From contig JAPXSY010000001.1 of assembly GCA_033812795.1 (NCBI GenBank), positions 2,282 through 66,281 of the forward strand: DNA of 64,000 nt, written 5' to 3'. The stretch comes from Kiritimatiellia bacterium (GTDB lineage: Bacteria; Verrucomicrobiota; Kiritimatiellia; RFP12; UBA1067). Both the position numbers and the translations under genes were made by a program. Positions within the stretch are counted from its first letter, which is position 1. Each line of letters begins with the position of its first letter. The notes beneath the pieces are model-generated. The model was not told where the DNA came from. It saw nothing but the letters and a program-made list of their open reading frames with translations, and did not search any database. This document shows, one piece after another, positions 57,738-64,000 of this stretch.

Positions 57738-58553
57738 TCAATAGGCGACCAATCGGCGCACCGCTGTGGCGATATCGCGGACGCGCTGCTCACCCGCCTC
57801 GCGCTCGATGGCCACGGCACCCTCGTACCCGATCTCCTCCAGCACGTTCAGGAACGCGAAAGCATTGACCTGCCCTTCGCCCCACACGACTTCGCTCCCC
57901 CACGTGCCGGGCACAGTGGTTCGGATCGCATCCTTGATGTGAATGTGGCGGATCCAAGGCGCGAGGCGACGCAGCGCCGGAAGCGGCTCATCCTTGTTGT
58001 ACAGAATGAGATTAGCCGGATCGAAGTTCAAGAGCACATTCGGATGGTTCAGGGTCTCAACAAACCGCTGAAGCTCCTCGGCTGTTTCCTGTCCGGTCTC
58101 CATCAGTAGCGTCACGCCCGCCTCACCCGCCGAATCCCCCAGCGCGCGCACACGGTCATAGAATTTTTTAGCGTAGGCGTTGTCAGTGTGATCCAAGAAC
58201 CCCACGTGCATCATGATGTACTGCGAGCCGAGCGCAGCCGTGATCTGGGCCGCACGGGCGAACGCCTCCCCGCTCGCGGGCCAGTGCGCATCCGGCGCGA
58301 TCCCGCCGGTCACCTTGATCGTGTCCAACGTGCTGTAATCCTCATAGTCGTAATTCATCATGCCGGCCGTCACAGTCCAGCCCTGCTTTCGAACGGCATC
58401 AAGATACGCCTCGCCGTCCGGTGCCAGAGCCGGGGCGATCGCCAGATTGATATGCTCCAATCCCAGCGCGGTCATCACAGACCCGATCTCCTCCACGCTT
58501 TTTCTGAACGACCAACTGCACACGGCCACTGGCCATTTTCCGCACTTTAACAT
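57738..58553 (-). CDS. Sugar phosphate isomerase/epimerase (xylose-isomerase-like TIM barrel)
   Basis: Start taken at ATG 58553 (MLKCGKWPVAVCSWSF); the typical TIM-barrel metal-binding segments; the stop is 3 nt from the convergent HtrA stop. Confidence 0.8.
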   Translation of the reverse strand: MLKCGKWPVAVCSWSFRKSVEEIGSVMTALGLEHINLAIAPALAPDGEAYLDAVRKQGWTVTAGMMNYDYEDYSTLDTIKVTGGIAPDAHWPASGEAFARAAQITAALGSQYIMMHVGFLDHTDNAYAKKFYDRVRALGDSAGEAGVTLLMETGQETAEELQRFVETLNHPNVLLNFDPANLILYNKDEPLPALRRLAPWIRHIHIKDAIRTTVPGTWGSEVVWGEGQVNAFAFLNVLEEIGYEGAVAIEREAGEQRVRDIATAVRRLVAY

Positions 58554-58611
58554 GATCTTTCCTCCGCGGGTCCGGCGAACGGGCCCAATGTTTTCGCTTC
58601 TCTTTTTTCGC

Positions 58612-59658
58612 TTACTTTGCGAGGCGCACGGTTCTGCCCGTCCGGGCCGAACGTTTTTCAGCATCCACGATCCGCACGGAATCGCGCGACTGTTCCGGCG
58701 TGGTCACGCACGCGACCTTGCGGCCGCACAGCAGATCCATGAACCAGCGGATCTCGTACTCGTAGCCGTCGCCTTTCGGCAGTTTCGGCACGAACGCCTT
58801 TCCTTTGGCAGGATAGACGCAGAGCGGTTTCCCGCGTTTATCGTCCAGCACGACTACGGCCTTCTCGAACGTCACCACATACCCGGCCTCGAAGCCCAAC
58901 GTCGGCGCCATGGCCCAACTTGCCTCGGCCGTCACCGCCGCACCGCCCACATCGTACAGAGTGGAGATGTAGCGCATCGCCCCGTCTTTCGCAAAGTTAG
59001 CCCGGCTCGTCACCGCGCGCGGCATGCCGAACAAAAACTGAACGATATCCGTGTCATGGATGTGCAGATCCAGCGCCACGCCGCCGCTTTTCGACTCATC
59101 CATGAACCAGTTGACCCCTTTTTGCCAGCCCGGAGGCGCGCTGAAACGGTAGAAGGAGGCCGCGATGACTTTGCCGTACTTCCCGCTATCAATCAGATCC
59201 TTGAGATACACGTAACTCGGCCAGAAGCGCAGGCACTGGGCAATCATCAGCCGCGTACCCTTCGGCGCCTGTTTCGCGGCGCGCAGCATCACGCCGCAAT
59301 CAACCGCATTCAACGCCATGGGCTTTTCGCACAGCACGCTCACCCCGGCTTTCAGCGCCTTGACCGTGAACGGAACGTGTAACGGCGTCGGCAGGGTCAG
59401 CGAGATCACATCCGGGCGGGCCTCCTTCAACATCCGGTCGAAGTCGTCATAAATCACCGCATCCCCGTAATCCATCGAGGTGTCCGCACCCGCGACGTTC
59501 CCGCCCTGAACCGGAGCCGTGAACTGCGCCTGATTCTGATCGCACAACGCCACGATTTTCGCGTTCCGGATCTTTTTCCACTGCCCGTAATGCATGCGCC
59601 CCATAAACCCGAACCCCACGATGGCGACGCGTTTCTGAACCGGTTTCCGTTTAGCCAT
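58612..59658 (-). CDS. Gfo/Idh/MocA family oxidoreductase
   Basis: Rossmann motif RVAIVGFGFMGRMH; a cytoplasmic-type paralog with no Tat signal. Confidence 0.85.
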   Translation of the reverse strand: MAKRKPVQKRVAIVGFGFMGRMHYGQWKKIRNAKIVALCDQNQAQFTAPVQGGNVAGADTSMDYGDAVIYDDFDRMLKEARPDVISLTLPTPLHVPFTVKALKAGVSVLCEKPMALNAVDCGVMLRAAKQAPKGTRLMIAQCLRFWPSYVYLKDLIDSGKYGKVIAASFYRFSAPPGWQKGVNWFMDESKSGGVALDLHIHDTDIVQFLFGMPRAVTSRANFAKDGAMRYISTLYDVGGAAVTAEASWAMAPTLGFEAGYVVTFEKAVVVLDDKRGKPLCVYPAKGKAFVPKLPKGDGYEYEIRWFMDLLCGRKVACVTTPEQSRDSVRIVDAEKRSARTGRTVRLAK

Positions 59659-59724
59659 ATCTCCTCCCTTGCGGTTATCCTTACGACGACTGTGCGTATA
59701 GCATCCTAAATCGGCGCCAGCTTG

Positions 59725-60747
59725 TCAATGACCGTTGTGCGCAGGCAGAAATTCGGCGCGCACCATGCCGCAGCCGGCATTCGCGGCGGTGACGACCTGC
59801 GGCACACCATTGACCACATCCAGCGATTGCACATGGGTATGGCCCGCGAACACGCCCAGAATGCCGGGCGCGCTGAACACCTCATTGCGGAAGGCGCGCG
59901 TCACCGCCGTGTGGCCTGCGGCAGGCCATTGAGGACGGCGCTCGATCTTCCAGTGCCGGTCCTGCGCGGCACCCCAGTCAGGATGGCCGCAACCGAATCC
60001 GACCGGTCGGCCGGGCGCGTAGAGCGGAATGTGCATGAGCAGAACCAGCGGCGTGTTGTCGGCCACCTGTTCGCGGAAAAACGCCCGCTGTTCAGGCAGG
60101 ATCTCGTAGGTCGAATCGTCGATCGCCACAAACCGGATCCCCCGGATTTCGCGGACGGCCATCAACGGGTTCTGTCCCTGATATAGGGGCTTGAGCCGCT
60201 TTTCCGTCCATTCGCTCCGCAGGGCCATGCTCGATCCGGGCAACCCCTCGTAGTGCCAGTCATGGTTGCCCGCGACATAGAGGTAGGGCACACCTGACGC
60301 ATCGAGTTTGGCCTGTGCCCATTCAATCGCCGCCTCGGAGGGAAAGCTGAACACATCGCCCACCAGCGCGAGCAGATCGACGCGCGCCTCCTTCGCGCGC
60401 CGGAGCGTCTCCTCGAAACTGGCCTCCGGCGTGGTGAGCTCGCCGCTCTCGACATGCCGCACACGGTTGTAGCCCCCCGCCATACGGCTGCTGTATTCGC
60501 GGAACGGTTCGCCACGCGCGTCATCACGGTGCAGATGCGTGTCACCCGCAACCCACACCTTGACCGGCTCGCGGACCGCCGGGGAAAACACCCGAATCCG
60601 GTTACCGTCCAACGCGAACGATCCGTGCCCGAACGATTTGTCCGTCGACGCCCCCTCCGCCTGCCGTACACCCCCGCTGAGCGCCCAAACCGAAGCGCCG
60701 CACGCCCCCATCCGGAGAAATCCCCGTCTCGTTCCGTTCCGTTCCAT
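59725..60747 (-). CDS. Tat-secreted metallophosphoesterase (calcineurin-like)
   Basis: Start at ATG 60747 with AAGGAGG SD (MERNGTRRGFLRMGACGASVWALSGG). Metallophosphatase motifs GDTHL, GDVFS, GNHD, GHTH. Confidence 0.75.
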   Translation of the reverse strand: MERNGTRRGFLRMGACGASVWALSGGVRQAEGASTDKSFGHGSFALDGNRIRVFSPAVREPVKVWVAGDTHLHRDDARGEPFREYSSRMAGGYNRVRHVESGELTTPEASFEETLRRAKEARVDLLALVGDVFSFPSEAAIEWAQAKLDASGVPYLYVAGNHDWHYEGLPGSSMALRSEWTEKRLKPLYQGQNPLMAVREIRGIRFVAIDDSTYEILPEQRAFFREQVADNTPLVLLMHIPLYAPGRPVGFGCGHPDWGAAQDRHWKIERRPQWPAAGHTAVTRAFRNEVFSAPGILGVFAGHTHVQSLDVVNGVPQVVTAANAGCGMVRAEFLPAHNGH

Positions 60748-60923
60748 AACTCGACCTCCTTTACGGTTTGAGATTGTGCGAAAAAAAGAGCGATGTGTCG
60801 AACGCAAAGTCCAGATTGACGTCCCCGGAGATGAACTGCGAAGATATGCAACACATCGGGTTGGGGGGAACGTTACCCCGCCACCCGTATCGTATGGACA
60901 GGGTTGTGCAGGCGAAAGGAAAG

Positions 60924-61423
60924 ATGATGAGACCAAGATGCCAGTGGGCTGGAATCGCTGTCGCGCTTATACTTATCGGAGGCCGGGCCGAATCGAAAAC
61001 CGTGAATGTCTTTTTCGCCGGCGGCCAGTCGAATGCCAAAGCCGTCTGGGCCACCGCAATCGCCGACGGACTGAAAGCCGGGTACGGTTCGTCTTTGGTG
61101 ATGGCGCACACCAATCATTCCGGGGAGGGTCTCGCAAACTGGTTTACCGACACCAGCAAGATCAATTACAGCAACGATCTCTTCCACCTCAATGGCACGA
61201 GTGTCTTGCAGACCCGCATGGCGGAGATCGCCGCCGCCGGGGACGAACCGGTTTTCCGGGGGGATGTGCGGCCGGTGTCAGCGGAGTTCAGGCTATGGTG
61301 ATCTTCCGCACCGGCACCGTCGCCCAGCCATCCATCACCAACGGCACGGCATTCGTGGACGACCTGCGCGTCACGGTTTTTGAACCGGTCTGGCCCCCCA
61401 CAACGCTTCTGAAGCTGTTCTGA
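60924..61423 (+). pseudogene. SGNH/DUF303-type carbohydrate esterase (sialate-O-acetylesterase-like), truncated and frameshifted
   Basis: Signal peptide then the VFFAGGQSNAK (GQSN serine motif) N-terminus from ATG 60924. The frame stops at 61301, and a C-terminal-like segment (MVIFRTGTVAQPSITNGTAFVDDLRV...) continues in another frame to 61423. The total is far shorter than family members. Confidence 0.4.
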
Positions 61424-61469
61424 CCCGTACAATCAAAGCGGCTCGCGTGCCGGGCAGACCGCCTCTGAA

Positions 61470-64000
61470 TCACTCCGCCTTGCCGCGTTTTCGCGTCTTT
61501 CTCGGCTTCGGGGCGGGCCGGGTTCCGGCGTCCACCGTTGTCGCGCTCTCCGTTTTTTTCTTCTTACGGTTACGGGGCGGCGAGGCCGTTTTCTTATCCG
61601 GTGTACGCAACGGCAATTCGTCCTGCATGCGGAAGTGCAATCCTGTCCCGTCCTCTTTTAATGTCGTCTCGACCGTGCCCGCAGTCAGTACGCCGCGCAA
61701 CAGTTCCTCTGCGAGCGGATCCTCCAGATGCCGCTCCACCGTACGCCGCAACGGACGCGCGCCGAGTGCCGGATCGAATCCCTTGTCGACCAGAAATGCG
61801 GCCGCTTCTTCCGTGATCTCCAGACAAATCCCCTTTGTTTCGAGACGCTTCCGGACCCCGGCCAGTTCGATGTCCAGAATCCGGACCACATCCTGCCGAT
61901 CCAGTTTCCGGAAAACGATGATCTCATCAAATCGGTTCAGCAATTCCGGTTTGAACACGAGTTTCGCGGAGTCGATCATTCGTTCGCGTAAACGCTCATA
62001 ATCATCCGCCGCGCTCTCGCGTCCGAAGCCCAGTCCCTGACCCTGCTTCGCGTAATCGAACCCGAGGTTCGAGGTCAGGATCACCACCGTATTGCGGAAA
62101 TCCACCTGACGTCCCAGACTGTCCGTGAGGCGGCCCTCCTCCAGAATTTGAAGCAGCATGTGCATCACATCCGGATGCGCCTTCTCGACCTCGTCGAACA
62201 GCACGACACTATAGGGTCGCCTGCGCACACGTTCGGTAAGCTGCCCCCCCTCTTCGTGCCCCACATAACCGGGCGGCGAGCCGATAAGCCGCGAGACCGT
62301 GAATTTCTCCATGTACTCCGACATGTCGATCTGAATCAGGGCTTTGTCGTCACCAAACATCTTTTCGGCCAGAGTCTTGGCCAGCAGGGTTTTGCCCACA
62401 CCGGTCGGCCCCAGAAAAATGAAGGAGCCGATCGGACGCCGCGGATCTTTCAAATCGGCCCGCGAGCGACGCAGTGCCCGGGCAATCGCCTGTACCGCAG
62501 GGGTCTGCCCCACCACCGCCTCTTCCAGATCGTTTTCGATGTGCAGCAGGCGCGAGAGTTCCGACTGGCTCATGCGTTTGATCGGCACGCCCGCGATCCG
62601 CGCCACCGTTTCCGTGACATCGTCCGCCGTCACCGTCAGCGTCTTTTCCGCGTGCTCGGTCTTCCATGCCGCCACGATTGCATCGAGTTCCTGACGGGCC
62701 TTGCGCTCCTCATCACGTAGCGCCGCAGCTTCCTCGAAGCGCTGCTCGCGGATCGCGATATCCTTTTTCTGCCCCATCTCGCGAATCCGTTGTTCATGCT
62801 CGCGCAAATCCGGCGGGCGCGCCGAAACCCGCATCCGCACCCGCGCGCCCGTCTCATCAATCGCGTCGATCGCCTTGTCCGGAAGTTGCCGTCCGGGCTG
62901 ATAGCGCGCCGTCAGCTTCGCGGCCGCGATCAGGGAATCCTCTTCGTAGGTGACGTTGTGATGCGCGGCGTAACGCGGTGCCAAACCCTTTAGAATTTCG
63001 ACCGTCTCCTCCACGGTGGGCTCGTCCACACGCACGGTTTGAAAGCGGCGCTCCAGTGCGGCATCCTTTTCAATGTGGCGTCGATACTCGTTGAGCGTCG
63101 TGGCACCGATGCACTGCAACTCGCCACGCGCCAGCGCGGGCTTGATGATGTTGGCCGCGTCCATCGCACCCTCGGCACCGCCCGCACCGACAATGGTGTG
63201 TAGCTCGTCGAGAAACAGCACGATGTTTTTTTCGCGGCAGACCTCATCAACCACCGCTTTGATCCGCTCCTCAAACTGGCCGCGGTACTTGGTGCCCGCC
63301 ACCAGCAGCGCCATATCCAGCGCGACCACACGCTTGTCGCGCATGCGCTCCGGCACGTCACCCAACGCGATCGCCTGCGCCAACCCCTCCACCACGGCCG
63401 TTTTACCGACCCCGGCTTCGCCCAGCAGAGCCGCATTGTTTTTGGAGCGGCGGCAAAGGATCTGAATCAGACGCTCCAACTCATTCGCGCGCCCCACCAT
63501 CGGATCGAGTTCTCCTTTTTTGGCCAGCTCGGTCAGATCGCGTCCGAACGCATTCAGTGCGGGGGTCCGGCTTCGCTCTTTTTTACTGCCCGCGCCTTCC
63601 CCCGGTTTCCCGTCCGGCGCGGCCCTGGCCTCACGCTCCTCCCTGCCGGAACCCTCACCGGGTCCGAACACGCCATCCTCCTCGTCTCCTTCCCCCGCCT
63701 CCATGCTGAGACGGATCTGTTCGATCACCGCCTCCAGCCGGACATGGAGCGATTGGAGCACCTGTGCGGCCACGCCCTCACCTTCACGCAGCAGTGCCAG
63801 AAGCAGATGTTCCGTTCCCACCTGCGGCTGACGCATGGCATGCGCCTCGGCCATCGCCAAATGCAGCACTTTCTTGGTGCGCGGCGTATGCGGCAACTCG
63901 CCCTTGGTCTTGGTCTCGCCACCAAACCCGACCATCCGCTCCACCGCGATACGCACATCCTGCAACGAAACATCCAACTCTTCCAACACCTCGACCGCCA
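61470..64000 (-). CDS. clpC: ClpC/ClpA-type AAA+ chaperone (Clp protease ATP-binding subunit), 5' partial
   Basis: Clp_N repeat, two AAA+ modules (Walker A GEAGVGKT and GPTGVGKT), UVR-like coiled coil, and a Lys/Arg-rich C-terminal tail. The reading frame is still open at the window end, so the true start lies beyond 64000. Confidence 0.9.
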   Translation of the reverse strand, partial: AVEVLEELDVSLQDVRIAVERMVGFGGETKTKGELPHTPRTKKVLHLAMAEAHAMRQPQVGTEHLLLALLREGEGVAAQVLQSLHVRLEAVIEQIRLSMEAGEGDEEDGVFGPGEGSGREEREARAAPDGKPGEGAGSKKERSRTPALNAFGRDLTELAKKGELDPMVGRANELERLIQILCRRSKNNAALLGEAGVGKTAVVEGLAQAIALGDVPERMRDKRVVALDMALLVAGTKYRGQFEERIKAVVDEVCREKNIVLFLDELHTIVGAGGAEGAMDAANIIKPALARGELQCIGATTLNEYRRHIEKDAALERRFQTVRVDEPTVEETVEILKGLAPRYAAHHNVTYEEDSLIAAAKLTARYQPGRQLPDKAIDAIDETGARVRMRVSARPPDLREHEQRIREMGQKKDIAIREQRFEEAAALRDEERKARQELDAIVAAWKTEHAEKTLTVTADDVTETVARIAGVPIKRMSQSELSRLLHIENDLEEAVVGQTPAVQAIARALRRSRADLKDPRRPIGSFIFLGPTGVGKTLLAKTLAEKMFGDDKALIQIDMSEYMEKFTVSRLIGSPPGYVGHEEGGQLTERVRRRPYSVVLFDEVEKAHPDVMHMLLQILEEGRLTDSLGRQVDFRNTVVILTSNLGFDYAKQGQGLGFGRESAADDYERLRERMIDSAKLVFKPELLNRFDEIIVFRKLDRQDVVRILDIELAGVRKRLETKGICLEITEEAAAFLVDKGFDPALGARPLRRTVERHLEDPLAEELLRGVLTAGTVETTLKEDGTGLHFRMQDELPLRTPDKKTASPPRNRKKKKTESATTVDAGTRPAPKPRKTRKRGKAE

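Noticed and set aside
60768-60923. N-terminal 52 codons of track ORF 60768..61301
   Set aside because: There is no protein-like signal before the MMRPRCQWAGIAVALIL signal peptide, and the region overlaps the start region of the convergent metallophosphoesterase gene. The start was moved to 60924.

Overview
This is a high-GC bacterial chromosomal segment (GC not computed exactly). The six-frame track is full of long antisense shadow ORFs, so genes were called by protein-likeness rather than ORF length. The gene content suggests a PVC-superphylum-like, glycan-degrading organism, but I cannot be sure of the lineage. It includes three Gfo/Idh/MocA oxidoreductases (two with Tat signals), a xylose-isomerase-like TIM protein, a giant HEAT plus FG-GAP protein, beta-helix surface proteins with the NWS..NW N-terminal motif, and many secreted glycoside hydrolases with no SusC/SusD. 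Housekeeping anchors are uvrB, gyrA, a 5'-partial clpC, an HtrA protease, a CDF transporter, and an Lrp plus aminotransferase pair. A roughly 17.6-kb same-strand polysaccharide-degradation cluster (30527..48175, minus) carries a tandemly duplicated beta-helix plus clan GH-A module, with one copy interrupted by an in-frame TGA. The most unusual locus is a tightly packed minus-strand operon (48291..53646). It encodes a Cys-rich U32-like protein, three tandem QueG/RdhA-superfamily Fe-S paralogs that are too short to carry a tRNA-binding region, and a Na+/solute symporter. A divergently transcribed XylR-type AraC regulator sits next to it. I know of no described pathway with this arrangement. Other signals: a lone Zn-ribbon/wHTH/nucleoside-2-deoxyribosyltransferase-like gene (13750..14715); a 42-bp near-identical motif about 38 nt upstream of two secreted-enzyme genes; a lower-GC islet (about 20050..22560); and a D-x-D-x-coding tandem repeat in a convergent intergenic gap. 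There are also an orphan terminator hairpin and three or four pseudogenes (AraC, SGNH esterase, beta-helix paralog, and possibly a small secreted protein). No rRNA, tRNA, CRISPR array or obvious transposase was seen.
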